Virus record (IMG/VR): IMGVR_UViG_3300011335_000142
Span: 1 to 43,560 of that record
Origin: a virus
Taxonomy: Duplodnaviria; Caudoviricetes
Strand: one strand, 5' to 3'
Length of the DNA stretch: 43,560 nt
Shown: one piece after another, positions 18,767 through 27,683 of the stretch
Numbering within the stretch: position 1 is the stretch's first letter
Layout of the letters: every line of letters begins with the position of its first letter
Translations under genes and position numbers: made by a program
The notes under the pieces: generated by a model
Databases searched by the model: none
What the model was told of the DNA's origin: nothing
The model's input: the letters and a program-made list of their open reading frames with translations, nothing else

Positions 18767-19340
18767 AGGTTGCTCAATTTACCAACATAGAAGGGCCGAC
18801 AATGGTCAAATTTTCTATGTTGGTAAAGCATCTAATCCTTACAGGAAATTAAAAACTCAGAACAGAAACAGTCGCTGGCATGAAATAGTTAACGAGGCTG
18901 GTGGTTTTACTGCTGAAGAAATTGTCTCCAATGTTGACGAAGATTTGTCTTTGCTTGCAGAACAGGAATACATAGACAAGTTGAAAAAACTTGGCCTGCC
19001 AATTTGTAATTTAACAACTGGTGGTCAAGGCAGGTCTGGATGGAACCCAAGTGAGGAAACTAGAAAAATCTGGTCTGAGCAAAGGAAAGGCAGAGTGCCT
19101 CACAACAAAGGAAATAAAAAGCCAGTAGTTGTAAAAACACAAGAAGAAAAAGACGAAATAAAAAGAATTCGGGCAGAAAAAGTATCCAAAGCATTTAAGG
19201 GGAAAGAACCGTGGAATAAGGGACTTTCCTATGAATGCTTGGGTAGAAAAGGAAAAACTCCTTGGAACAAAGGCCAAAGAGTTGTCGGTTCTAAAAGATG
19301 GAAAATTGAACAAATGAAATTAGAAAGGGTTAAGTCATGA
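18756..19340 (+). CDS. Free-standing GIY-YIG homing endonuclease with NUMOD-type DNA-binding repeats
   Basis: IYQH...FYVGK, conserved E and N-L-T-x-GG, SEETRKIWS, three P(H/W)NKG repeats; markedly AT-rich. Confidence 0.85.
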   Translation: MKTEGCSIYQHRRADNGQIFYVGKASNPYRKLKTQNRNSRWHEIVNEAGGFTAEEIVSNVDEDLSLLAEQEYIDKLKKLGLPICNLTTGGQGRSGWNPSEETRKIWSEQRKGRVPHNKGNKKPVVVKTQEEKDEIKRIRAEKVSKAFKGKEPWNKGLSYECLGRKGKTPWNKGQRVVGSKRWKIEQMKLERVKS

Positions 19341-19492
19341 AACCTGGTCTGTACGCAAACATCAACGCCAAGCAGAAGCGGATCGCGGCTGGCTCCGGCG
19401 AGAAGATGAACAAAGTAGGAAGCAAGGCAGCGCCCAGCGCAGCCGACTTCCGCAAGGCGGCTAAGACGGCCAAGCCAGCCAAGAAGAAATGA
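19337..19492 (+). CDS. Small basic protein
   Basis: Own translation MKPGLYANINAKQKRIAAGSGEKM...KAAKTAKPAKKK; ATGA coupling at both ends. Confidence 0.75.
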   Translation: MKPGLYANINAKQKRIAAGSGEKMNKVGSKAAPSAADFRKAAKTAKPAKKK

Positions 19493-19779
19493 CGGCGGCC
19501 TGGACGCGCAAGGAGGGTAAGTCGGCCACTGGCGGCTTGAACGCCAAGGGTCGCGCCAGCGCCAAAGCAGAGGGCATGAATCTCAAGCCGCCGGTGAAGG
19601 CTGGCGACAACCCGCGTCGGGCGTCATTCCTTGCGCGAATGGGTGGTATGCCTGGCCCTGAGATGAAGGACGGGAAACCGACCAGGCTCTTGCTGAGTCT
19701 GAACGCCTGGGGCGCGACATCCAAGGCAGACGCCAAAGCCAAGGCGAAGGCCATCTCCGCGAGGAACAAAGCCAAGTGA
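19489..19779 (+). CDS. Small basic protein (DUF6321-like)
   Basis: AWTRKEGK..GGLNAKGRAS...NLKPPV...RRASFLARMGG. Confidence 0.7.
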   Translation: MTAAWTRKEGKSATGGLNAKGRASAKAEGMNLKPPVKAGDNPRRASFLARMGGMPGPEMKDGKPTRLLLSLNAWGATSKADAKAKAKAISARNKAK

Positions 19780-20468
19780 TAAGCCCAATTGCCATCAGCA
19801 CCGTCCACGGCAAGAACCTGGCGGTGATGCTGGCGTCTATCCGCGAGTACTGCCCAGAGATTCCCGTGTACTTGCGCGGTCCGGCCTCGGTCCTTGACCG
19901 ATTCGACGCCGACGTGAAGATGGTCGGGACACCGAGAAATTTCGGCGAGGACTACAACGACATCATCAACTGCGCACTCAAGGATTTCGACTCTGTCGTG
20001 GTGGCGAATGACGATATTGTCCTGACGCCGTCCAGCTACCGCGTCCTGATGGATGACGTGGAAATCGTCAAAGACATGGGACTGAACCCCGGGTGGATGG
20101 CGTCTAGGTGCGATTGGGCGCGTGCGGTGCAGAATATTCGCTGGAATCCCGAGGGTGAGGCGTTTGATATGTGCCGGTTCACGTCCGAGTCAAAGATTAG
20201 GCAGACAGACGTGATCTCGCCCATATTTGCCTGGATTTGTGCAGATGCCTTTGCCCAATGCCCATTTCCACCCCTAAATTGGTTTTCAGATGACGTTCAG
20301 TGCAGCGACCTGGAGGCACTCGGGTACAAGAATTTCGTGAGCGCGTCCTATGTCCACCACGTCGGGAGCCAGACGGTGGGCGTGAACGCCGAGTCCTTAA
20401 CCAACCAGGCGATGCCCTGGCTTATGAAGCACCGACCCCAATATGTCAAACAGTGGTTTAACTCTTAA
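19776..20468 (+). CDS. GT-A (family 2-like) glycosyltransferase
   Basis: NFGEDYN, VVANDD (DxD-like), WFSDD, YVHHVGSQT. Confidence 0.7.
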   Translation: MISPIAISTVHGKNLAVMLASIREYCPEIPVYLRGPASVLDRFDADVKMVGTPRNFGEDYNDIINCALKDFDSVVVANDDIVLTPSSYRVLMDDVEIVKDMGLNPGWMASRCDWARAVQNIRWNPEGEAFDMCRFTSESKIRQTDVISPIFAWICADAFAQCPFPPLNWFSDDVQCSDLEALGYKNFVSASYVHHVGSQTVGVNAESLTNQAMPWLMKHRPQYVKQWFNS

Positions 20469-20979
20469 CCTGGGTTCCGGCAAGGACTACAGGGATGACT
20501 GCCTCAACGCGGACATCCGGCCAGACGTAGGCGCAGATTGGGTGGTGGACATCTCCGACCTCCACATTGGCGGCATCGTCAAGTGGAAGGACAACTACAT
20601 CCCCATCAAGCGCGGAGGCTTTGAGCGCATCATTGCCTTTGATGTTTTGGAGCATATCCCCAACCTGGTCAAGGCCATGACCAACTGCCGCGATCTGCTG
20701 GCTGATGGCGGTGAGATGCACATCGTCGTTCCCTACGAGTTGAGCCTGGGCGCTTGGCAGGACCCGACGCACGTCCGAGCGTTTAACGAGAATTCCTGGG
20801 TGTACTACTGCGGCTGGCACTGGTACTTGGGATGGAAGGATCACCGGTTTGACGTGACGCACCTGGACTACAAGCTGTCCGAGTATGGGAAAACCCTAGA
20901 ATTGGGACTAGACGAGTTGCTGCGCACGCCTCGGGCGGTGGACAGTATGTACGTCGTACTTAGAAAGATACCCGTATGA
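20443..20979 (+). CDS. Class I SAM-dependent methyltransferase
   Basis: LNLGSG, NADI, DVLEHI, GG.MHIVVP, DPTH. Confidence 0.8.
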   Translation: MSNSGLTLNLGSGKDYRDDCLNADIRPDVGADWVVDISDLHIGGIVKWKDNYIPIKRGGFERIIAFDVLEHIPNLVKAMTNCRDLLADGGEMHIVVPYELSLGAWQDPTHVRAFNENSWVYYCGWHWYLGWKDHRFDVTHLDYKLSEYGKTLELGLDELLRTPRAVDSMYVVLRKIPV

Positions 20980-23099
20980 ACATGAACGATATGCCAATTA
21001 CCACCGACGTGGCGGCCCAGCAGCCAATGGATGACACCGAACTGGAGGCGATCATCGGGCAAGACCTGACAGACGCCGTCAGTTATATCGATTCCGATAT
21101 ATCGCCCATTCGGGCGATGGGGACGGCCTACTACCGTGGCGACCCGTTTGGGAACGAGGAAGATGGTCGCTCCCAGGTGGTGGCAATGGAGGTGCGCGAC
21201 ACCGTCAGCGCCATGATGCCAAGCCTGATGCGGGTGTTTTTCTCCAGCGAGAACACCGTCGAATATATGCCGGAGACACCGGCAGACGTTGAGTACGCCA
21301 AGCAGGCCACCGACTACGCTAACTTCATCTTTAACTCGGACAACAACGGGTTCATGACCACCTACGCCATCTTCAAGGACAGCCTAGTCCGGAAGTGCGG
21401 CATTGCTAAGTTCTGGTGGGAGGACTCCGAGAAGGTGGAGATCACCGACTTCACCGGCCTGGACGAGCAGACCCTGCAAATACTGATGCAGGAGCAGGCC
21501 GAGGTCAAGATCATTGTCAGCTACCCCGACCCTGATGCGGATCAGATGCTGCCAAGGATTGACCCAATGACGGGTCAGATGCTGCCGCCCCCACCGCCTC
21601 CCATGCTGCACGATGTGCAACTCAAGCGCGTGACCAAGGACGGGCGCATCAAGATCATGGCAGTACCGCCCGAGGAGTTGCTGATCGACCGCCGAGCGCG
21701 GTCCTTTGACGATTGCAGCCTGATCGCGCACCGCAAGATGGCGACAGTCGCCGAATTGATTGCGATGGGCTACGACGAGGACGAGGTGCTGGACAACGTC
21801 ACAGCATCCGACCTGGACGATAACGAAGAGTATTTGGCACGCCAGCCGCTGGCGACAGCAGTCGGACAGACCGACAGCGCCAACCCTATGCAGCGGCGCG
21901 TCCTGTACATCGAGGCGTACGAGCGCATCGACTACGACGGCGATGGCATCCCCGAACTCCGGAAAATCTGCTGCATGGGTTCCGGATACAAGGTCGTGCG
22001 TAATTTGCCAGCGTCCTACATCCCATTCGTGGACTTCCCCTGCGACCCCGAGCCACACACCAGCCCCATCGAGGCGATGTCCATTTTCGACATCACGCAC
22101 GACATCCAGGAGATCAAGTCCGAGATTCTGCGCAACACGCTGGACTCATTGGCGCAGTCCATCCACCCCCGTACTGCCGTAGTTGAGGGCCAGGTCAACA
22201 TGGACGACGTGCTAAACAACGAGACCGGAGCCATCATTCGTATGCGTGCCCCTGGCATGGTGCAACCGTTCTCCAGCCCGTTTGTCGGGCAGGCCGCGTT
22301 CCCCATGCTGGACTACATTGACCAGATTAAGGAAGACCGCACCGGCATGAGCAAGGCCGCGATGGGTCTGAACGCCGACGCATTGCAGTCCAGCACCAAG
22401 GCAGCGGTCAACGCCACCATCAGCGCGTCCCAGGGCCGCATCGAACTCACGGCGCGGATGATGGCCGAGGGCATGAAGAAGCTGTTTAAGGGCATCCTGT
22501 TCCTGATGGTGACCCACCAAGACAAGCCTCGCATGATTCGCCTGCGCGACCAGTTTGTGGAGATTGACCCACGCGCCTGGAACGCCAACATGGACGTGAG
22601 CATCAACATCGGCCTGGGCAACGGCGACACCAATGAGCGCCTCCAGGCTCTGATGATGATTAGCGCCAAGCAGCAGGAGGCGCTGACGCAACTCGGCGCT
22701 CAGAACCCGCTGGTAAGCCCGTCCATGTACGCCAGCACCCTGCGCAAAATCGTGGAACTCTCAGGGTTCAAGGACTCCAGCCAGTTCTTCAACGACATCC
22801 CCGCCGACTACCAGCCGCCAGCTCCACCACCTCCAAAACCGACACCCGAAGAGGTGCTGGCAGAGGTGCAGGCTAAGTCCATCGAGGCCGACATCCAGAA
22901 GAAGGCCGCCGAGTTGGAACTCAAGCGCGAGCAGATGATTCGTGATGATGACTTCCGGCGCGACCAGTTGGCGCAGGATGGACTACTAAAGAAATACGAA
23001 ATTGAGTTAAAGTACAACGCACAAATTAGCAACGCTGAGATTCAAGCTGTCACCAGCATGAATCGAGAGGCAACCATCAACCAACCTGGAATGGCATGA
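20976..23099 (+). CDS. Portal protein
   Basis: 707 aa, YYRG...EEDGRSQVV, VPPEE, RTG, C-terminal coiled coil; head-module position. Confidence 0.9.
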   Translation: MNMNDMPITTDVAAQQPMDDTELEAIIGQDLTDAVSYIDSDISPIRAMGTAYYRGDPFGNEEDGRSQVVAMEVRDTVSAMMPSLMRVFFSSENTVEYMPETPADVEYAKQATDYANFIFNSDNNGFMTTYAIFKDSLVRKCGIAKFWWEDSEKVEITDFTGLDEQTLQILMQEQAEVKIIVSYPDPDADQMLPRIDPMTGQMLPPPPPPMLHDVQLKRVTKDGRIKIMAVPPEELLIDRRARSFDDCSLIAHRKMATVAELIAMGYDEDEVLDNVTASDLDDNEEYLARQPLATAVGQTDSANPMQRRVLYIEAYERIDYDGDGIPELRKICCMGSGYKVVRNLPASYIPFVDFPCDPEPHTSPIEAMSIFDITHDIQEIKSEILRNTLDSLAQSIHPRTAVVEGQVNMDDVLNNETGAIIRMRAPGMVQPFSSPFVGQAAFPMLDYIDQIKEDRTGMSKAAMGLNADALQSSTKAAVNATISASQGRIELTARMMAEGMKKLFKGILFLMVTHQDKPRMIRLRDQFVEIDPRAWNANMDVSINIGLGNGDTNERLQALMMISAKQQEALTQLGAQNPLVSPSMYASTLRKIVELSGFKDSSQFFNDIPADYQPPAPPPPKPTPEEVLAEVQAKSIEADIQKKAAELELKREQMIRDDDFRRDQLAQDGLLKKYEIELKYNAQISNAEIQAVTSMNREATINQPGMA

Positions 23100-23347
23100 C
23101 AGATCAAGCAATACGCTCTGGCCGCAAGGCACAGGAACTCTTAGAGGATGAGACGTTCAATACAGCAATCACCAAGATTGAGAACGAACAACTCTGGATT
23201 TTCAAGAGCAGCAAACCCGAAGAATCCGCGAAACGCGAGATGGCCTGGTCCATGTTGAGGGCAATAGACAACCTCAAGGGTGAACTCACAAAGACCATCG
23301 ACAACGCAAAAGTGGCGCAGCGTGCGCTGGAACGGGTTAGCAAATGA
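23096..23347 (+). CDS. Hypothetical head-module protein
   Basis: 83 aa helical, coupled between portal and scaffold. Confidence 0.65.
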   Translation: MTDQAIRSGRKAQELLEDETFNTAITKIENEQLWIFKSSKPEESAKREMAWSMLRAIDNLKGELTKTIDNAKVAQRALERVSK

Positions 23348-24300
23348 CAGAATCACTCAATATGGACGCAGCAGTCCAGGCACTCACGGCCATACTTCCC
23401 GACGAGGGAGAAAAGTCAACCGACGAGGCGTTATCTCAGGAAACTGAGGCGGCGGTGGATGAAGAATTGTCCGGTGATGCAGACGCATCGGACGATGAAA
23501 CACCCAGCGAACAGTCAGAGGAAGATGAGGAATCAGAGGAGAGCGAAGAGCCGCAGACTTTCACCGTCAAGGTAGATGGCAAGGAAGTTACTGTAACGCT
23601 TGACGAACTCCAACAAGGTTACTCACGCACTCAAGACTATACGCGGAAGACCCAGCAGATTGCCGAGGTGCGCAAGCAAGTCGAGCAAGAGAGCCAGGCC
23701 ATCCGCGCCGAGCGTGCGCAGTACGCTCAATTGTTAGGAGCATTGGAGCAGCAGGTTCAGCAGGCAGCAGAGCCTCAGATCGACTGGGACCGCCTCTACC
23801 AAGAGGACCCCATCGAGTGGGTGAGGCAAAAGGAGTTGGTGCGAGAGAACCAGACCAAGTACGCGGCTATTCAGAGCGAACAGCAGCGTCTTGCAGAAAT
23901 CTCACGCGCAGAACAGGCGCAGTCTATGCAGGCATTTCTTGCTCAAGAGCAAGACAAATTGATGGAAGTCCTACCCGAGTGGAAGGACCCCGCCAAGGCC
24001 AAGGCAGAGAAGGCGCTACTCATCGAATTCGGCCAGAAGGCGGGATTCCAGCCTGATGAACTGAAGAACATTTTTGACCACCGCGTCGTGAACGTGTTGC
24101 GTAAAGCGGCACTGTACGAGCAGATGATGTCCAAGCGGGGCAACATTAAGCCGGTGACCAACAATGGCCCAAGACCAGCCAAGCCAGGTGCAGCAGGTCG
24201 AGTCTCCACAACAAGCGAGTCAACGCGCGCAAAACAACGTCTTGCAAAAAGTGGCCGCGTACAAGACGCGGTCTCCGCAATTGAACTTTTATTAAAGTGA
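23344..24300 (+). CDS. Capsid scaffolding protein
   Basis: Acidic N-terminus, VKVDGKE..VTLDEL..GY.R..DYTRKTQ, Gln-rich coiled coil; directly upstream of capsid gene. Confidence 0.85.
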   Translation: MTESLNMDAAVQALTAILPDEGEKSTDEALSQETEAAVDEELSGDADASDDETPSEQSEEDEESEESEEPQTFTVKVDGKEVTVTLDELQQGYSRTQDYTRKTQQIAEVRKQVEQESQAIRAERAQYAQLLGALEQQVQQAAEPQIDWDRLYQEDPIEWVRQKELVRENQTKYAAIQSEQQRLAEISRAEQAQSMQAFLAQEQDKLMEVLPEWKDPAKAKAEKALLIEFGQKAGFQPDELKNIFDHRVVNVLRKAALYEQMMSKRGNIKPVTNNGPRPAKPGAAGRVSTTSESTRAKQRLAKSGRVQDAVSAIELLLK

Positions 24301-24307
24301 GTAAATC

Positions 24308-25270
24308 ATGGCAATCGTAACCAATACTTTCACTACCTTTGACGCCAAAGGTATCCGTGAAGACCTGTCCAACATCATCACCAATATCGCACCCGAAGAA
24401 ACTCCTTACATGAGTAACATCGGACGCGAATCAATCAGCAATTCGCTGTTTGAATTCCAAAGCGATACCCTGGCGGCAGCAGCGGCCAACAAGCAGATCG
24501 AGGGTGACGATGTCGCCTCTTTTGATGCTGTTACCGCAACCGTTCGCCTGCAAAACTACGCTCAGATTTCGCGCAAGACCATCATCTTGTCCGCGACTGA
24601 AGAGGTGGTTAATAAGGCTGGCCGTCGCAGCGAACTGGCATACCAGATCGCCAAGCGTAGCGCCGAACTGAAGCGCGACCAAGAGTTCACCATGCTGAAT
24701 GGCGCGGTGGCTGCCGCTGGTAGCACCAGCACCGCACGCGGTACTGCATCTCTGGGCGCGTGGGTCAAGACCAACGTCGATATGCAGACCAACGGCGTGA
24801 ATCCGTCGTACACCACGCTGCCATCCAGCGCACGCACTGACGGTAACGTCCGCACCTTTACTGAGACCATTCTCAAGAATGTGATTCAGCAAGTGTGGGC
24901 TGCTGGCGGCACTCCTAAGATACTGATGACCGGCCCTGTTAACAAGCAGCGCGTCAGCGGATTCTCTGGTATCGCCTCCAGCCGTTTCAACATCAACGGC
25001 GGTGAAAAGCCTGCGACATTGATCGGCGCGGTTGATGTCTACGTCAGCGACTTTGGAAACGTCAGCGTTATCGCAAACCGTTTCCAACGTGAGCGCGACG
25101 CTTGGGTGTTGGACCCCGAGTACGCCAAGATGGTTGTGCTGCGTCCTTACCAGCAAATTGAACTCGCTAAGACCGGCGACGCTGAGAAGCGTATGTTGCT
25201 GGTTGAGTGGGGTCACAAGGTGCTGGCCGAGAACGCTCACGGCCTGGCTGCTGACCTGGTTACGTCGTAA
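24308..25270 (+). CDS. Major capsid protein (DUF5309/SU10-like)
   Basis: GIREDLSN.I.NIAPEETP, NYAQI, ELKRDQE, SDFG, LAKTGDA. Confidence 0.9.
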   Translation: MAIVTNTFTTFDAKGIREDLSNIITNIAPEETPYMSNIGRESISNSLFEFQSDTLAAAAANKQIEGDDVASFDAVTATVRLQNYAQISRKTIILSATEEVVNKAGRRSELAYQIAKRSAELKRDQEFTMLNGAVAAAGSTSTARGTASLGAWVKTNVDMQTNGVNPSYTTLPSSARTDGNVRTFTETILKNVIQQVWAAGGTPKILMTGPVNKQRVSGFSGIASSRFNINGGEKPATLIGAVDVYVSDFGNVSVIANRFQRERDAWVLDPEYAKMVVLRPYQQIELAKTGDAEKRMLLVEWGHKVLAENAHGLAADLVTS

Positions 25271-25277
25271 TCAAGTG

Positions 25278-25308
25278 AAAGGGATCAGGGCAACCTGGTC
25301 CCTTTTTT
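25278..25308 (+). terminator. Rho-independent terminator after capsid gene
   Basis: aaagggatcagg-GCAA-cctggtcccttt stem-loop plus T run. Confidence 0.85.
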
Positions 25309-25313
25309 AACGC

Positions 25314-25628
25314 ATGAACAATCAAGTATTTGACGAGAACAAGGAAGCGGGGATTACCCGTTTTTGGCATTTCAACGATGAAACCGGCCAAGCAACGATT
25401 CAGACTCAGCAGGATGTCACAGCAGTCGTTGAAGCAAACAAGGCGGATTTCAATAAGGTAGATGAGCGAGCAAACTGGAAGGGCGAGTGGCATCACGTTG
25501 CCAGCATTCCAGAGGGCGTCTACTACAAACTCAAGGCCGAGGGCAAGCTGGACGATCAGGCGTACATGAAACGCTGGCTCAATGACCCCGACAACAGATT
25601 TTTCAGAACGAGACCTGGACAAGTATGA
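25314..25628 (+). CDS. Hypothetical protein
   Basis: QDV...VASIP...WLNDPDN..FRT..G motif, conserved after capsid genes in such phages. Confidence 0.7.
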   Translation: MNNQVFDENKEAGITRFWHFNDETGQATIQTQQDVTAVVEANKADFNKVDERANWKGEWHHVASIPEGVYYKLKAEGKLDDQAYMKRWLNDPDNRFFRTRPGQV

Positions 25629-26290
25629 ATAACTACATTGCAGTCTGCACCCCAGCCCGTGACATGGTCCACGCCAACTTCACCTATTGCCTGGTGAATA
25701 TGGTCTGCTACCACACGCTGAACACGACAGACGCAGTGTCTCTCAAGATCATGCAGGGTACGCTGATACAGAACCAGCGTGCTGACCTGGCGCTGGATGC
25801 GATGGGCGAGGGATGCACCCATATCCTGTTCATCGACTCCGACATGACGTTCCCGCAGGACATGGTGGAGCGCCTGCTCAAGCATGACCTGGACATTGTG
25901 GCGACCAACTGCGCACGCCGACGCATCCCTACCGGCCCGACTGCTCAGAAGTATGGCCCTGATGGCGAGCGCGAACTGGTCTACACCATGCCAGAGTCCA
26001 CCGGCATCGAGGAAGTCGGCAGCATTGGCATGGGCGTGATGCTCATCAAGCGCAACGTCTTTGAGAAGCTGACAGAGCCTTGGTTCGAAACTCCCTGGCG
26101 CACCGACAAGCGCGGCTACATCGGTGAGGACATCTTCTTCTGCCGTAAGGCGCAGGCGGCAGGGTATAAAATCTACATAGACCACGACGTGAGCAAAGAG
26201 ATCGGCCACATCGGGACGTTTGAATTCAAGCACGACCACACCTGGATGATGCGCGACATCGAGAAGGAAAAGGCAGAGCATGGCACTTAG
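25625..26290 (+). CDS. GT-A (family 2-like) glycosyltransferase
   Basis: LFIDSDM (DxD), GMGVMLIKR, GEDIFFC, IGHIG. Confidence 0.8.
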   Translation: MNNYIAVCTPARDMVHANFTYCLVNMVCYHTLNTTDAVSLKIMQGTLIQNQRADLALDAMGEGCTHILFIDSDMTFPQDMVERLLKHDLDIVATNCARRRIPTGPTAQKYGPDGERELVYTMPESTGIEEVGSIGMGVMLIKRNVFEKLTEPWFETPWRTDKRGYIGEDIFFCRKAQAAGYKIYIDHDVSKEIGHIGTFEFKHDHTWMMRDIEKEKAEHGT

Positions 26291-26900
26291 CACCTACGCT
26301 GAACTGAAAGCCTCGGTGGCCGATTGGCTCAACCGTAGCGATCTCACGTCTGCCATCACCGACTTTGTGTCTCTTGCAGAAGCACAGATGGAGCGCGTTC
26401 TGCGCACCACCCAGATGATTACCCGCGCCACTGCCACCATTGACGCCGAATACAACGCGACACCAGGCGACTTCCTAGAGGCGCGGACGTTCAAGATGGA
26501 CACCAACCCCGTCAGCCCGTTGCAGTTTGAGACTATCGACAGCCTGGATAACTTGTTGACCCAGTACACCTCCAGCGGCAAACCTTTGTTCTTTGGTGTG
26601 GTCGGGTCGCAGATTCGCGTTGTGCCTATCCCTGACTCCAACTACACGGGTGAGTTGATCTACTACAGCAAACTCGCCAAGCTGTCCGACTCCAACACCA
26701 CCAACTGGCTGCTTACCAAAGCGCCTGACGTGTACTTGTACGGGTCACTGCTCCAGGCCGCACCCTACCTACAGGATGACGCGAGAATCCAAGTATGGGC
26801 TGGCCTGTACCAGCGAGGTATTGAAGAGCTGCAAATTGCAGATGAGCGCGGAGCGACTAGCGGCGGCGTGCTGAAGTCACGCGCAAGGTCTTTCGGTTAA
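26280..26900 (+). CDS. Head-tail adaptor protein
   Basis: TYAELK.SVADWLNR.DL, NWLL..APDVYLYGSL.QA.PYL..D.R motifs. Confidence 0.8.
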   Translation: MALSTYAELKASVADWLNRSDLTSAITDFVSLAEAQMERVLRTTQMITRATATIDAEYNATPGDFLEARTFKMDTNPVSPLQFETIDSLDNLLTQYTSSGKPLFFGVVGSQIRVVPIPDSNYTGELIYYSKLAKLSDSNTTNWLLTKAPDVYLYGSLLQAAPYLQDDARIQVWAGLYQRGIEELQIADERGATSGGVLKSRARSFG

Positions 26901-26925
26901 AATTTTCCCAGTATTGGAGAACAAA

Positions 26926-27480
26926 ATGCAATCTGAACGCATCAACGGTAAAGACGCTGCAAGCGTAGCAATTTCGCGTCAGTCTTCTATGGATGAAAGC
27001 ATCGGCATCACCGGCTCTTACGAGTTGACTTGCTTTGACAAGGATGGCAATCTGAAGTGGGCCGAGCCAATCAAAAACCTGGTGGTGACGGTTGGCAAAA
27101 ACGACTTGCTGGACAAGTATTTTGCTGGCTCTGCTTACACCGCTGCTTGGTACATTGCACTAGTCGATGGAGCCTCTAGCCCGACCTATGCTGCTGGTGA
27201 CACTATGTCCTCGCACGCTGGCTGGAGCGAGGCAGTGCCTTACTCCAATTCCACCCGCCCAGCGGTAGCCTGGAACGCAGCGTCTGCTGGTTCCAAGGTG
27301 TCCACCGCTACGTCTTTCACGATCAACGCCACGGCTACAGTGGCCGGTGCATTCCTGACCACTGATAGCACCAAATCAGGCACTACGGGCATTCTGTACT
27401 CTGCTGGTAGCTTCACAGGCGGCAACCGTTCTATCGCCTCCGGAGACACTCTGAACGTCACCTACACCGCGTCGGTCTAA
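26926..27480 (+). CDS. Virion structural (tail-associated) protein
   Basis: NLVVTVGK, GDTL.VTYT motifs; beta-rich; tail module. Confidence 0.65.
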   Translation: MQSERINGKDAASVAISRQSSMDESIGITGSYELTCFDKDGNLKWAEPIKNLVVTVGKNDLLDKYFAGSAYTAAWYIALVDGASSPTYAAGDTMSSHAGWSEAVPYSNSTRPAVAWNAASAGSKVSTATSFTINATATVAGAFLTTDSTKSGTTGILYSAGSFTGGNRSIASGDTLNVTYTASV

Positions 27481-27490
27481 GGGGTCACTT

Positions 27491-27667
27491 ATGGCGTTCA
27501 AGACAGGCGACAGCGTGACCATCAAGGGCACATCCATGACCGGCACGATTGTGGTCTGTGCAGTTGTGGATGACGAGTCCACCTTGCTGTTCAAGGTCCA
27601 ATACACCGATCAATCCAACCAGGCACAAGAGCGTTTCTTCAAAGAAAACGAACTTGTTGCAAGCTGA
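27491..27667 (+). CDS. Small SH3-like (YodC/DUF2158-like) protein
   Basis: Own translation MAFKTGDSVTIKG...RFFKENELVAS; gggg RBS. Confidence 0.6.
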   Translation: MAFKTGDSVTIKGTSMTGTIVVCAVVDDESTLLFKVQYTDQSNQAQERFFKENELVAS

Positions 27668-27683
27668 CCTATAGGAGTCTTTA

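Noticed and set aside
21384-26293. Long minus-strand ORFs (21384..22100, 24431..25240, 25556..26293) and similar ones at 17921..18751 and 40366..41031
   Set aside because: Antisense shadows of well-supported plus-strand genes in GC-rich DNA, with no motifs
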